Part shown: positions 1 through 11,700 of the stretch, in pieces | Layout of the letters: each line of letters opens with the position of its first letter | How positions within the stretch are numbered: the first letter of the stretch is position 1 | DNA from: Hyalangium minutum | Lineage (GTDB): Bacteria > Myxococcota > Myxococcia > Myxococcales > Myxococcaceae | Direction: 5' to 3' | NCBI RefSeq assembly: GCF_000737315.1 | Contig: NZ_JMCB01000009.1 | Location: forward strand, 124,001 to 188,000 | DNA: 64,000 nucleotides | Made by a program: the position numbers and the translations under genes | The notes under the pieces: generated by a model | Told to the model about the DNA's origin: nothing | The model's database searches: none | Seen by the model: only the letters and a program-made list of their open reading frames with translations

Positions 1-241
1 GGTGCTTGTAGCCGCAGAGCGTCGAGAGCTCGAGGAAGGGCGAGCCGCGGTCGAGCAGCAGCGCAAGGCGCTCGCGGGGCAAGAGCTGTCCGCGGCGCTG
101 GAACTTCTCGCGGGCTTGCTGCTCGGTGTCGCGCGACTTCGCCTCGATGGCGCGCAGCTCTGAGACGCGGGCGAGCATCTCCGTCCTGTGCGTGGCGAAG
201 CTGGCGGAGGCCAGATCAATGGAGGAAACAAGCCGGGGCAC
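1..241 (-). CDS. atuC: Acyl-CoA carboxylase carboxyltransferase (beta) subunit, geranyl-CoA carboxylase AtuC-like; N-terminal part only, runs off window edge
   Basis: Not in the ORF track. Manual translation from GTG at 241: MPRLVSSIDLASASFATHRTEMLARVSELRAIEAKSRDTEQQAREKFQRRGQLLPRERLALLLDRGSPFLELSTLCGYKH, with the typical RG.LLPRER..LLLD.GSPFLELS N-terminus. Directly follows atuB. Confidence 0.8.
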   Translation of the reverse strand, partial: MPRLVSSIDLASASFATHRTEMLARVSELRAIEAKSRDTEQQAREKFQRRGQLLPRERLALLLDRGSPFLELSTLCGYKH

Positions 242-242
242 G

Positions 243-1121
243 TCACTCCTCCTTCTTGCCGCCGAGGATCTTCGGCGACGCCGCGAGGTGGAACCCCTCG
301 TACGGCTTCGAGTTCGAGTGCTCCTGCAGCGGGAACGCCTTCGTGTTGCAGGAGGCGGCACCGTCGATGCGGATGACCTCGCCGGAGATGAAGGCCGCCG
401 CGTCGGACAGAAGAAACACGATGGCGGCGCTCACCTCGGCCTCGGTCGCGAGCCGGTGCAGAGGCACCTGCCGGCGCAGCTGCGGGATGAGCTCGCGGAC
501 GCGCGGGTCCTCGTAGGTATCGAGGCCGCTCGAAGCAACCCAGCCGGGCGCGACGGCATTCACGCGAACGCCAGCGAAGGCCCACTCGACGGCCGCCGTC
601 TGTGTCAGGTTGAACATGCCAGCGCGCGCCGCACCCGAGTGCGCCATGCCTGGCATGCCATTCCACGCGTCCGCGAGCATGTTGACCATCGCGCCGCCGT
701 GGTCGCACATCGACTGCGTGAACACCTCGCGCGCGACGAGAAAGCCGCCCGTGAGGTTCGTGGCGACGACCGCCTCGAAGCCCTTCTTCGAGATTAGCGC
801 AAGCGGTGAGGGAAACTGTCCGCCCGCGTTGTTCACGAGCCCGTCGATGCGGCCGCGCGCCGAGACGATGGCAGCGACCATGGCGCGCACTCCTTCCTCG
901 TCTCGAATGTCGACGGCGTGTTGCGTTGACGCGTAGCCCTCGGCGGAGAGCTCTCCGGCGACGCGCGCGAGCTTGTCCGGCTTGCGGCCGACGAGGACGA
1001 CATGCGCACCGAGCGACGCAAGCTCGTGCGCCGTGCACCGCCCGATGCCGCTGCCAGCCCCGGTGACGACGATCGTCCGGCCCGCGAAGGCGCTTGGAGC
1101 GAAGAGTGATCGGTAGCCCAT
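243..1121 (-). CDS. atuB: SDR oxidoreductase, citronellol/citronellal dehydrogenase AtuB-like
   Basis: TGAGSGIG Rossmann motif, NNAGG, HSGAARAG in place of YxxxK as in AtuB/peroxisomal reductases. Lies between atuA and atuC. Confidence 0.85.
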   Translation of the reverse strand: MGYRSLFAPSAFAGRTIVVTGAGSGIGRCTAHELASLGAHVVLVGRKPDKLARVAGELSAEGYASTQHAVDIRDEEGVRAMVAAIVSARGRIDGLVNNAGGQFPSPLALISKKGFEAVVATNLTGGFLVAREVFTQSMCDHGGAMVNMLADAWNGMPGMAHSGAARAGMFNLTQTAAVEWAFAGVRVNAVAPGWVASSGLDTYEDPRVRELIPQLRRQVPLHRLATEAEVSAAIVFLLSDAAAFISGEVIRIDGAASCNTKAFPLQEHSNSKPYEGFHLAASPKILGGKKEE

Positions 1122-1214
1122 CGTGTTCTCCTCAGCCGCGCAACCTGGCGGATGGCGCGATGTTTCGGGTTCTCTGCATGAACGGCCTCGGGCGGATGCG
1201 GAGCATTCGGAGGC

Positions 1215-2909
1215 TCATAGAAGCTGTTCGGGCACGTCGACGTGGCGCGCGCGCAGCCACTCGCCAAGCGCCTTGCCCTGCGGATCAAAGCGGGTGGACG
1301 ACGAGACGCCCTCTCCGAGGAGGCCCTCGACCACGAAATTCAAGGCACGCAGGTTCGGCAGCACGTGCCGGTGGATCTTCAGGCTGCGCGTCTCCGGCAG
1401 CAGCGTGCGCAAGGCCTCCTCCGTGAGTGCATGCGCGAGCCAGCGCCAGGCCTCCTCGGTGCGCACCCACACGCCGATGTTCGCGTCGCCGCCCTTGTCG
1501 CCGCTGCGGGCGAGCGCGACCTGGCCGAGCGGCACACGCCTCGTGGGCCCCGGCGTCAGCGGCGTGGGCAGCACTGGCGCCGACACCGCTTCGAGCCTGC
1601 GCGCCTCGTCCACCGGCGCGATGTCGGTGCGTGCACCGTCCGGAAGTACAGCGACGTGCGGCACCTTCCGCGCGTCGACATAAGCCGGCGTGTAGACGCC
1701 GAAGGGGGCCCCGTCCCCGGGCAGGCCCGTCAGGCAGAAGCCGGGATAGCTGGCGAGCGCGAGTTCCACCGCGGCGCTGCTGAAGGGCTTTCCGACGGCC
1801 TTCGGATCGGCGTCCTTCACCGTGACCCGCAGCGTCGCCGAGGCCTGCTCCTCGGTCGGTGCGTCGGCGTGGTCGGTGCGTGCGAGCGTGTAGATGACCT
1901 CAGCCGGCCGTGGGTTGAGCGCCGCATCGAGCTGCGCCCGCACGAGCGCGGCCTTCCTCTCGATGTCCAGGCCGACGAGCACGAACGTTGCTTCATTGCG
2001 GAACCCACCGAGCCGGTTCAAGCACACCTTCACGTCCGGCGGCGGCGGCTCGCCGCGCACGCCAGAGATGCGCACACGATCGGCGCCTGCGGCCTCGATG
2101 GCGATGGTGTCGAAGCGCGCGGTGGCGTCGGGGCCGGCATAGCGCGCACCTCCAATTTCATAGACGAGCTGGGCCTTCACGGTGTCGACCGTGACGGCGC
2201 CGCCGGTGCCTGGGTGCTTCGTGATGATGCTCGAGCCATCAGCGAAGATCTCCGCCAGCGGGAAGCCGGGGCGGCGCACGTCGATCTCGCCGAAGAACGC
2301 GAAGTTGCCGCCGGTGGCCTGCGCGCCGCACTCGAGGACGTGGCCCGCGACCATGGCGCCCGCGAGGCGGTCCCAGTCGTGGCGCTGCCAACGGAAGTGA
2401 GAGGCTGCGGGGCCGACAACGAGCGAGGCGTCCGTCACCCGCCCCGTGACGACGATGTCTGCGCCCGCATCGAGGCACGCCGCGATGCCCCAGCCACCGA
2501 GGTATGCATTCGCCGTGATCGACTCGCCGAAGCCGAGCTCGTCCGCTCGCGCGACGAGGTCGTCTCCTTCAACGTGCGCAACGCGAACGGACAGCCCGAG
2601 CTTCGCGACGAGCGCGCGCAGATCGTTAGCGAGCCCTGCCGGGTTCAGTCCGCCGGCGTTCGCGACGATGCGGACCTTCTTCTCCACCGCGATGCCGAGC
2701 GTCTCCTCCAGTTGGCGCAGGAACGTCTTCGCGTACCCGCCCGCCGGGTTCTTCATGCGGTCGCGGCCGAGGATGAGCATCGTCAGCTCGGCGAGGTAGT
2801 CGCCCGTGAGGACGTCGAGGGGCCCGCCCTCCAGCATCTCGCGGAACGCCGAGAAGCGGTCCCCGTAGAAGCCGGATGCATTTCCGATGCGCAGTGGTCG
2901 AGCGTCCAT
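1215..2909 (-). CDS. atuA: Acyclic terpene utilization protein AtuA
   Basis: RIGNASGFYGD, DVLTGDYLAELTM and C-terminal ARSGDKGGDANIG / RFDPQGK signatures. Start placed at MDARPL (ATG 2909). Confidence 0.9.
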   Translation of the reverse strand: MDARPLRIGNASGFYGDRFSAFREMLEGGPLDVLTGDYLAELTMLILGRDRMKNPAGGYAKTFLRQLEETLGIAVEKKVRIVANAGGLNPAGLANDLRALVAKLGLSVRVAHVEGDDLVARADELGFGESITANAYLGGWGIAACLDAGADIVVTGRVTDASLVVGPAASHFRWQRHDWDRLAGAMVAGHVLECGAQATGGNFAFFGEIDVRRPGFPLAEIFADGSSIITKHPGTGGAVTVDTVKAQLVYEIGGARYAGPDATARFDTIAIEAAGADRVRISGVRGEPPPPDVKVCLNRLGGFRNEATFVLVGLDIERKAALVRAQLDAALNPRPAEVIYTLARTDHADAPTEEQASATLRVTVKDADPKAVGKPFSSAAVELALASYPGFCLTGLPGDGAPFGVYTPAYVDARKVPHVAVLPDGARTDIAPVDEARRLEAVSAPVLPTPLTPGPTRRVPLGQVALARSGDKGGDANIGVWVRTEEAWRWLAHALTEEALRTLLPETRSLKIHRHVLPNLRALNFVVEGLLGEGVSSSTRFDPQGKALGEWLRARHVDVPEQLL

Positions 2910-2954
2910 CGCCCCTCCGATACCGGTGGAGGACCAGTCTTCATGTGGCCCCTT

Positions 2955-2980
2955 AAAAAAGCAAGCGTGATTGATTTTTT
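2955..2980. promoter_or_regulatory. Imperfect palindrome, probable TetR (AtuR) operator in the divergent promoter
   Basis: AAAAAAGCAAGC-GT-GATTGATTTTTT; arms match at 10 of 12 positions. AT-rich, between atuA and the divergent TetR gene. Confidence 0.6.
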
Positions 2981-3005
2981 CCAGGCACCACAACAAGATC
3001 GCCTC

Positions 3006-3620
3006 ATGAGCAGCACGGCGACCGGAGCGACAAGGCAGGAGCAGGAGCGCAGCCGGGTGACGCGGCAGAAGCTGATGGCCGCCGCCATCGAGGTGCTCGC
3101 GGAGCAGGGTTGGGCAGGCGCTACGACCGGGGCCGTCGCCGAGCGGGCCGGAGTGTCACGGGGTGCCTGCCAACACCACTTCCCGACGCGAGCGGCCCTC
3201 GTCGCGGCCGCGGTCGAGCACGTCTTCCGGCAGCAGTCCGAGGAGATCGTGCGGCGCGCGAAGGAGCTGCCGAAGAGCCAGCGTCGCGTCGAGCCCCTGC
3301 TGAACCTGCTCGCCGACGTCTATACGGGCCCGCTCTTCAGAGCCGCAACGCACCTGTGGGTGGCGGCCGTGACCGACGATGAGTTGAAAGCGAAGCTGCT
3401 GCCGCTCGAGACGCACGTGGGCCGGGAGGTGCACCGGCTCACCATCGAGCTGCTGGGCCTTGACGAGGGCGACCGAGAAGTCCGCGAGACCGTGCGCGCG
3501 TCGCTCGATCTCCTGCGCGGTCTGGCACTGGCGAACCTGCTCCACGATGACAGCGCCCGGCGCCGCAAGGTGCTCGCTCACTGGGCGCGTGTGTTCGAGG
3601 CCCAGCTCACGCCGGCATGA
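3006..3620 (+). CDS. TetR/AcrR family transcriptional regulator (AtuR-like)
   Basis: N-terminal HTH AAIEVLAEQGWAGATTGAVAERAGVSRGACQHHFPTR; divergent from atuA. True start ATG 3006 lies inside the longer listed ORF. Confidence 0.9.
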   Translation: MSSTATGATRQEQERSRVTRQKLMAAAIEVLAEQGWAGATTGAVAERAGVSRGACQHHFPTRAALVAAAVEHVFRQQSEEIVRRAKELPKSQRRVEPLLNLLADVYTGPLFRAATHLWVAAVTDDELKAKLLPLETHVGREVHRLTIELLGLDEGDREVRETVRASLDLLRGLALANLLHDDSARRRKVLAHWARVFEAQLTPA

Positions 3621-3642
3621 GCCTGCCCCGGCTGTCAGGCCC

Positions 3643-4482
3643 TCACTTCTCGGGGTCTGAGCGAGCCGTGGAGGGCCCAACGAACCACTGGCGCAGCACC
3701 TGTGGCGCGAGTGAGCGGTAGATCGTGCCGTGGCGCAGATCCGGCCTGGGATTGAACTGCCACTTCAGCCCGGCCGGCGCGCTCATCCGGAGCGTCTCGG
3801 CCAGACGCGCGGCCGCGGGCGCGATGTTGTCCTCGTCGGCGGAAGCCAGGTACAGCCCGTTGTGCAGCTCCGGCTGCTGCTTGAGGCGCTCCGCCGCCTT
3901 GCGCACCAGCTCCTCGCCGTTCCACCAGAGACTCGGGCTCAGCGCGATATAGGTGCCGAACAGCTTCGGCTGCAGGAAGAACGTCTCGACGATGAACAGC
4001 CCCGCGAGGGACTCGCCGATGATCGCGGTCTCGTCCGTCACGCGGTACTTGCGGCGCACGTGCGGCATCAGCTCGTCGCGGATGAAGTCGCGGAACGCGG
4101 CCGAGCCCCCCACCCGCTTGGCAATCTTCTTGTCCTCGTCGACCTCGGTCGGCCCGGTCATGTCGCGCCGCCGCTCGGTGTTCTCGATGCCCACCACGAT
4201 CAGCGGCCGCAGCTCACCCGCCCGGATCGCTGTGTCGACGGTGGTAGCGATGTGCGGGAAGTCCTCCTCCACGCCGCCGTCGGGCATGTACAGCACCGGA
4301 TAGCGCGTGGACTTCGCCGCCTCGTAGCCCGGCGGCGTATAGACGTTGATGCGCCGGGTCTCCTTGAGCGCTGCGGACTTGAGGGTGAAGGACTGGTGCG
4401 GAGGAACCGGCTCGGCGGCCTCGGCTGGAGTCAACAAACCCATGGCCAGGGCCGCGAAGAGGAACAGGCCAGCCCGCATCAT
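3643..4482 (-). CDS. Secreted alpha/beta hydrolase, IroE-like esterase
   Basis: Signal peptide, YPVLYMPDG, GESLAG nucleophile elbow, HGTIY. Confidence 0.85.
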   Translation of the reverse strand: MMRAGLFLFAALAMGLLTPAEAAEPVPPHQSFTLKSAALKETRRINVYTPPGYEAAKSTRYPVLYMPDGGVEEDFPHIATTVDTAIRAGELRPLIVVGIENTERRRDMTGPTEVDEDKKIAKRVGGSAAFRDFIRDELMPHVRRKYRVTDETAIIGESLAGLFIVETFFLQPKLFGTYIALSPSLWWNGEELVRKAAERLKQQPELHNGLYLASADEDNIAPAAARLAETLRMSAPAGLKWQFNPRPDLRHGTIYRSLAPQVLRQWFVGPSTARSDPEK

Positions 4483-4690
4483 CCCGTGTCGTGTCACTTC
4501 ATCCTCCGTGGCGCGTCTGCGGCGCCTCAGAGTCTACTCCCCTGCCAGCAATCCGGACGCACTGTCGCTCGGGCTGACGAGCTTCCCCTCCCCCTGCTCG
4601 CTCAGCGAGCCTCCAGTGGCCCCCCGGCTCCTTGGGAGGCTCCGCGAGTTGCCCCCCAGCGCCTCGGGAGCCCATAATCTCCGCCCCCGT

Positions 4691-5581
4691 ATGAACCTCC
4701 TGACCCGCTTGAAGAAGAGCGTGCGGCATCGCACCGCGTACAAGATCTCGGATCCCCTCTCCCGTCTGTTGGGTGCCGCGGGCTTCGGACTGTATGGGGC
4801 CGGCCCCCAGCTCAAGGATGCGGGCCCGGTGCGCCGGGCGGGCCTCCCTCTGGAGCAGCTCCCGTTCGATCTCGCGGACGTGCGCCAGTTCTGGAACGAG
4901 CTCTCGGCCCGCAGCGAGGCGCTGAACCAGTGGTGCCAGAAGCAGCCCCTCTGGGAAAAGATCCCCCAGTATTACTTCACCTGGAAGCACCTGGAGCCCC
5001 TGCTCACCCGCGAGGACTCGGTCTACGTCGACATCGCCTCCACCCAGAACAGCCCCTACTTCGAGGTGCTGCGGCTGCTGGCGAAGACGCGCAAGCTCTA
5101 CCGGCAGGATCTCGTCTTCCCAGCGGGCGTTCACGGGGATCGGATCGGGGGCTCGGCTGCCGAGCTCCCGCTGGACGCGAGCTCGGTGGATGCCATGACG
5201 CTGCACTGCTCCTTCGAGCACTTCGAGGGAGACGCCGACACGGGCTTCATCCGCGAGGTGGGCCGCGTCCTGCGGCCCGGTGGCCGGGTGTGTCTCGTCC
5301 CGCTGTACCTGGGCGAGTATGCCTTCATCCACAGCGATCCCGCCTGGGCCTATGGCCTCAAGCCGGATCGCGGCACCCCGCTCCACCTCTTCCCTCGCTG
5401 GGGCGAGCGGCATGGCCGCTTCTACAGCGTCGACACCTTCCGCGAGCGCGTCTTCGCTCCCGCGCTCGCCGCGGGGCTCACGGCCAAGGTGGTGCACTTC
5501 CCCAACATCTTGGACCTGAGCCCCACCTGCTACACCCATTTCGGGCTCATCCTGGATAAGCTGAATACACAGAAAATGTGA
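4691..5581 (+). CDS. Class I SAM-dependent methyltransferase
   Basis: GSAAELPLDASSVDAMTLHCSFEHF and REVGRVLRPGG motifs; start ATG 4691. Confidence 0.75.
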   Translation: MNLLTRLKKSVRHRTAYKISDPLSRLLGAAGFGLYGAGPQLKDAGPVRRAGLPLEQLPFDLADVRQFWNELSARSEALNQWCQKQPLWEKIPQYYFTWKHLEPLLTREDSVYVDIASTQNSPYFEVLRLLAKTRKLYRQDLVFPAGVHGDRIGGSAAELPLDASSVDAMTLHCSFEHFEGDADTGFIREVGRVLRPGGRVCLVPLYLGEYAFIHSDPAWAYGLKPDRGTPLHLFPRWGERHGRFYSVDTFRERVFAPALAAGLTAKVVHFPNILDLSPTCYTHFGLILDKLNTQKM

Positions 5582-5774
5582 CTCCAAAACGGGGTCCGGC
5601 GTTACAGTTCCAGCGGCAAAAATGTTGACCATTTGATGTTTCACCGCTTGCTGTGGTTTTCTGTGCGGGTTGACTGAGCGGACAGCGAATCCCTGATCGC
5701 TCGGCCTTCCGGATCTGCACCGAGCGCGTGTGGACACCGAACACCGCGCGCTCACATGTCGGGGCAAAAACAGA

Positions 5775-8700
5775 ATGAGACAATCAGGAAGGCGGCTGCC
5801 CGGTATCGGGTTGCGTGCCAAGGGTACGCGAGTCCTCGGGCTCGTCGGAATGCTGTCGCTGATGGCTTGCGACGGTGCAGGGAATGTCCCTGAGCTGCAG
5901 CAGTCGGCCGAGGGCACTCGCGCCCCGCTGACGGGGCACAAGGTGCAGCTCAGCGCGCAGCAGGCGCAGGAGCTCCAGCAGCGCGGCGCCAACGTCCAGG
6001 AGATTGCCGACTACGGCGCGTTCAAGCTGGTACAGGTGGATGACAAGGCGTTGGCCTCGCTGCCCGAGGGCGCCGAGCTCCGCGACAACTACAACGAGAT
6101 CCTGCTGAACGCGGGCACCATCGACACCGCCTCCGAGCACGGCCAGTCGCTGCGCGGCATGAAGCGCGAGGCGGTCATCGGCAAGCGCTTCTACCTGGTG
6201 CAGTTCGCCGGTCCCATCCAGCCTGAGTGGTACCAGCAGCTGGAGTCCACCGGCGTCAAGGTGGTGACGTACATCCCGAACAACGCCTACCTCGTGTACG
6301 GCGATGGCGCCGCGATGAACTCGCTGGCGGGCCACCTCCGCGCCAAGACCGGCACCATCCAGTGGGATGGCGAGTACCTGAACGACTACAAGCTCCACCG
6401 CAACGTCCTCACGTCCACCTCGGAGACGTTCGAGGTGCAGCTCATCAAGGATGGGGAGGCCAACGAGGAGACGCTGGCGCTCATCCAGAGCCTTCAGTCC
6501 AAGAACGGGACGATCCAGGAGGCCATGGGCTACGTGAACGTGCACACGTACCTGACGGTGAGCGATCTCTACCAGATCGCCACCCGTCCGGACGTGCTGT
6601 CCATTCAGCCGCGCCCCATGCCGCGCAAGTTCGACGAGCGGCAGAACATGATCGTCTCCGGCAACCTCACGGGCACCCAGCCCAACGGGCCGGGCTGGCT
6701 GGCGTGGCTGACGTCCAAGGGCTTCACCCAGGCGCAGTTCACCGCGTCCGGCTTCGGCGTGGACGTGACGGACAGCGGCGTGGACAACGCCACCCCCGCG
6801 TCGCCGAACCACTTCGGCCTCTACACCACCGGCGACGTCAACAGCCCCAGCCGCTTGGTGTACTCGCGCCTCGAGGGTACGGCCAACTCGGGCAGCACCA
6901 TCCAGGGTTGCGACGGCCACGGCAACCTGAACACGCACATCATCGGCGGCTACTCGAACCTGACGGGTGCGCCGTTCGCGGACTCGGCGGGCTTCAACTA
7001 CGGCATGGGCGTGGCGCCCTTCGTGAAGTTCGGCTCGTCCGTCATCTTCGACCCGGGCTCCTTCACCAGCCCCAACTACGAGAACCTGCAGTCGCGCGCC
7101 TACCGCGACGGCATGCGCATCAGCTCCAACAGCTGGGGCGCCTCCACCCCTGCGTACACCTCGGACGCGCAGCGCTACGACGCGCTGGTGCGTGACGCGC
7201 AGCCGGCCACCGCGGCCGTGCCCGCCACGGGCAACCAGGAGATGGTCATCGTCTTCGCCGCGGGCAACGACGGCTCCGGCGCGAGCACGGTGGGCAGCCC
7301 CGGCACCGCGAAGAACATCATCACCGCGGGTGCCTCCGAGAACGTGCAGGCCTTTGGCGGCGCGGACCAGTGCGGCACGACGGATGCCGAGGCCAACAGC
7401 GCCATGGACATCGTCGCTTTCTCCAGCCGCGGTCCCACCTCGGATGGCCGCAAGAAGCCGGACCTGATGGCCCCTGGCACGCACGTGTCCGGTGGCGTGG
7501 CTCAGGCGGTGCGCGCCACCAACCCCCCGACGGGCAACGGTGGAGCGCTCAGCTGCTTCGACGCCACGGGCGTGTGCGCCGGCCCCGGCACGAGCAACTT
7601 CTTCCCGGTGGGCCAGCAGTGGTACACGGCCTCCTCGGGTACCTCGCACTCCACCCCCGCCATCGCTGGCGGCGCGGCGCTGGTGCGTCAGTACTTCATC
7701 AACCAGGGAATGGCCCCGCCGAGCGCGGCGATGACCAAGGCCTTCCTGATGAACTCGGCCCGCTACATGACGGGCACGGGCGCCAACGACAACCTCTGGT
7801 CCAACAGCCAGGGCATGGGCCTGATGGATCTGGGCATGGCGTTCGACGGCACCCCGCGCACGCTGGATGACCAGACCTCGGCCAACCTCTTCACGGCCAC
7901 GGGACAGACGCGCACCTTCACCGGCTCGGGCGGAGACCCCACCAAGCCGTTCCGCGTCACCCTGGCGTGGACGGACGCGCCGGGCTCCACCACCGGCAGC
8001 GCGTGGAAGAACAACCTGGACCTGAGCGTCACGGTGGGTGGCAACACCTACAAGGGCAACGTCTTCACCGGCGCGCGCTCCACGACGGGTGGCACGGCGG
8101 ACGCCTCCAATAACGTGGAGAGCGTGTTCCTGCCCGCGGGCAACTCCGGTCCCTTCACCATCACGGTGACGGCCACCAACATCACCTCGGACGGCGTTCC
8201 GGGCAACGCCTCCGCGCTGGATCAGGACTTCGCCCTCATCGCCTACAACACCTGCGGCACCGCGCCCGCGCAGACGACCGGTGTGTCGGCCACGCCCAGC
8301 GGAGACAACCGCATCAGCATCTCGTGGACGGAGAACGGCGCCGCCTCCTACAACATCTACCGCGCCACCACCCCGGGCGGGCCGTACACCAAGGTCGGCA
8401 CGGCGGTGACGTCCCCCTTCACGGACACCGGGCTGTCCGGCGGCACCACCTACTACTACGTGGTCAAGGGCACGCTCTGCATCGAGTCTCCGGCGTCCGC
8501 CGAGGCCTCTGCCACCGCCACTGGCGCGTGCACGCTGACGCCGACGTTCGCGGGCGTGAGCAACGCGACCAATGCGGCTGCCAGCACCTGCGGCACCACG
8601 GTCTCCTGGGCCGCGGCCACGCCGGTCTGCGGCGGCGCGGTGAGCTACTCGGTCTACCGTAGCACCACCGCGGGCTTCACCCCGTCCATCGCCAACAAGA

Positions 8701-11700
8701 TCGCCACGGGCCTGACGGGCAGCAGCTTCGCGGACACCCTGAACCTGACCAACGGGACGCGCTACTACTACGTGGTCCGCGCCACGGAGACGAGCAACGC
8801 CGTCAACGAGGAGGCGAACACCGTGGAGAAGTCGGCGGTGCCCACCGGCCTCATCACTCCGGGCCTGAGCTACTTCGACGACCTGGACGGCAACCGGCCG
8901 CCCAACGCGTCCGCCTACTGGCTCCCGCAGGCCACCACCGGCTCGGCGTCGTCGCTGAACATCGTCAACGGCTGCCACTGGCAGTCCTCGGACAAGTCGT
9001 ACCGTTTCGGCCCGATCACGGGCGGCTGCACGGGTACCTACCCCATCACCACCGTGGTCACACTGGGGCTGGGCGGCGACGGCTCCACGGCCGGCATCAA
9101 CGGCTTCAACATCCCGGCGAACACCTTCGATCCGCAGATGTCGTTCAACCTCTGGTACAACCTGGAGACGCGGTACGACGGCGCCTGGCTGGTGTACAGC
9201 ACGACGTCGGCGACCGGGCCCTGGACCAACGTGGGTGACTCGGTGACCTCGGCGGCGCCGTACATCTCGGCCGGCGGCTACGACAACACGCTCAACAGCT
9301 CCACGACGACGCGGATCTGGACGGGCACGAACCTGGGCGCCAACGGCGCGCTGAAGCAGGTGACGGTCAACCTGAGCGCGCTGACGGGCCAGAAGGTGTG
9401 GTTCGGCTTCCGCTTCTCGGCCGACAGCCTCGTCAGCTACGAGGGTGCCTACCTGGACGACGTCCGCATCACCGCGGACAGCTACGGGGCGTGCACCAGC
9501 AACCTGCCTCCTCCGGGACCGGCCGCCAGCTACCGGCTGACCGGACTGCCTGACTCCTCGCGGGTGAACACGCCTGTCACGTTCACCATCACCGCGCTGG
9601 ACGCGGCGGGTGTGCCGGCCACCGGCTACACCGGCAGCGCCACCATCACCAGCTCGGACCCGCAGGCCGTGCTGCCTTCGAGCGTCACCTTCACTGGCGG
9701 CGTGGCGAACAACGTTCCCGTCACCTTCGTGACCACGGGCACGCAGACCGTCACGGCGACCGACACGACGGCCTCGGCCATCACCGGGAGCGCCAGCACC
9801 TCCGTCACCACGGCGGCGGCAGTGGCCTTCACCGTGCAGCCTGCCGCGACCACCGTGGCGGGCGTCTCCATCACCCCGGCGATCAAGGTGAGCCTGGTGG
9901 ACGCGGCGGGCAACCCCGTCACCACGGGCTCGAACCAGATCACCCTCTCGCTGGGCAACAACCCGGGCGGCGCGACGCTGTCGGGCACCACGCGGGTGGC
10001 GGCCGTCAACGGCGTGGCCACGTTCAGCAACGTGTCCATCAACAAGGCGGGCGCCGGCTACACGCTGGTCGCCAGCTCCTCAGGCCTCAATAGTGGCACC
10101 AGTACGGCGTTCCAGATCACCGCTGCCGCTGCGGCGAAGCTGGCCTTCCTGACCCAGCCCTCCGCGACGGTGGCGGGTGAGAACATCACCCCCGCGGTCC
10201 AGGTGGCCATCGTGGACGCGTTCGGCAACACCACCACGTCCACCGCCACCGTCACCGCCGCGCTGGGCGCCAACCCCGCGGGCGGCACGCTGGGCGGCAC
10301 CACCACGGCGACGGCCGTCAACGGCGTGGCGACGTTCAACGCCCTGTCCATCACCAAGGTGGGCACCGGCTACACGCTGGCGGTCAGCGCCCCGAGCCTC
10401 GGGAGCGGCACCAGCAACGCGTTCGACATCACCGCGGCCGCGCCGTACCGGGTGACGATCACCCAGCAGCCGAGCAACACCATCGCCGGCGCCGCCATCA
10501 CCCCGGCGGTCCGGGCCACCGTCTACGACCGGCACGGCAACGTGGCCACGCAGGCCACCACGCCCGTGACGCTGTCGATCGGGAACAACCCGGCCGGTGG
10601 CGCGCTCAGCGGCACCACCACGGTGAACGCGGAGAACGGTGTCTCCACCTTCAACAACGTGTCGGTGGATCGCTCGGGCACCAACTACACCCTGGTGGCG
10701 GGCGCCAGCGGGCTCTACTCGGACACCAGCGTGGGCTTCGACGTCCTCTCGGGTGCCGCGGTGCAGCTGGCCTTCACCACCTCGCCCTCGGGCTTCGTGA
10801 GCTCGGGCTCGCCCTTCACCGTCCGCGTGGCGGTGCGGGACGCGGCTGGCAACCTGCTCACCGGGACGTCCACGTCGGTGACGCTGTCGCTCACCAACGC
10901 GCCGGGCGCCACCCTGAGCGGCACCACCACGGCGACCACCTCCAACGGCGTGGCCACCTTCTCGGGCCTGTCGGTGGACAAGGCGGGCACGGGCTACACG
11001 CTGCAGGCGAACGCCGCGGGCCTCACTGCCGCGACGTCTCTGGCCTTCGGTGTCAGCCCGGGCGCGGGCGCGGCGCTGGCCTTCGTCAACCCGCCCGGCA
11101 ACGGCACGGCGGGTGCTGCCTTCGCCCCGGTGCGCGTGGCGGTGCTGGATGCGGCCGGTAACACGCTCACCACGTCCGGCACGGGCGTCACGCTGGCGCT
11201 CAACGCCCACCCGTCGGGTGGCTCGCTGAGCGGCACGAAGACGGCCCTGGCCCTCAACGGCGTGGCGACGTTCAGCGATCTGTCCATCGCCCGCGCGGCG
11301 ACGGGCTACCAGCTGACGGCCTCGTCGAGCGGCATCACGGGCGCCAGCAGCGCGTCGTTCGACATCGCGAACGGGCCGAAGGCGGCGCTGGCCTTCACGG
11401 TGCAGCCGGGCAGCACTCGGGCGGGCGCGGCGATCAGCCCGGCCGTCCGGGTCTCCATCCAGGACGCCTACGGCAACGTGGACACCAGTGCCACGGACGC
11501 CGTCACGGTGGCGCTGGGCAGCAACCCGCGCAACGGCACGCTCTCAGGCACGAAGACGGTGAGCGCCATCAACGGCGTGGCCACCTTCTCGGACCTGTCC
11601 ATCCACCGCAACGGCAGGGGCTACACGCTCGTGGCGAGCGCTGGCGCCCTCTCCTCCTCGGGGAGCGTGGCGTTCGACGTCACCCCGGGCAACTCGCCGA

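Noticed and set aside
1242-3005. N-terminal 588 aa of the 792-aa plus-strand ORF
   Set aside because: Antisense to atuA; only the TetR portion from 3006 is real.
5784-8978. 1064-aa minus-strand ORF
   Set aside because: Antisense shadow of the S8 protease caused by high-GC codon bias; Arg/Gly-rich with no motifs.
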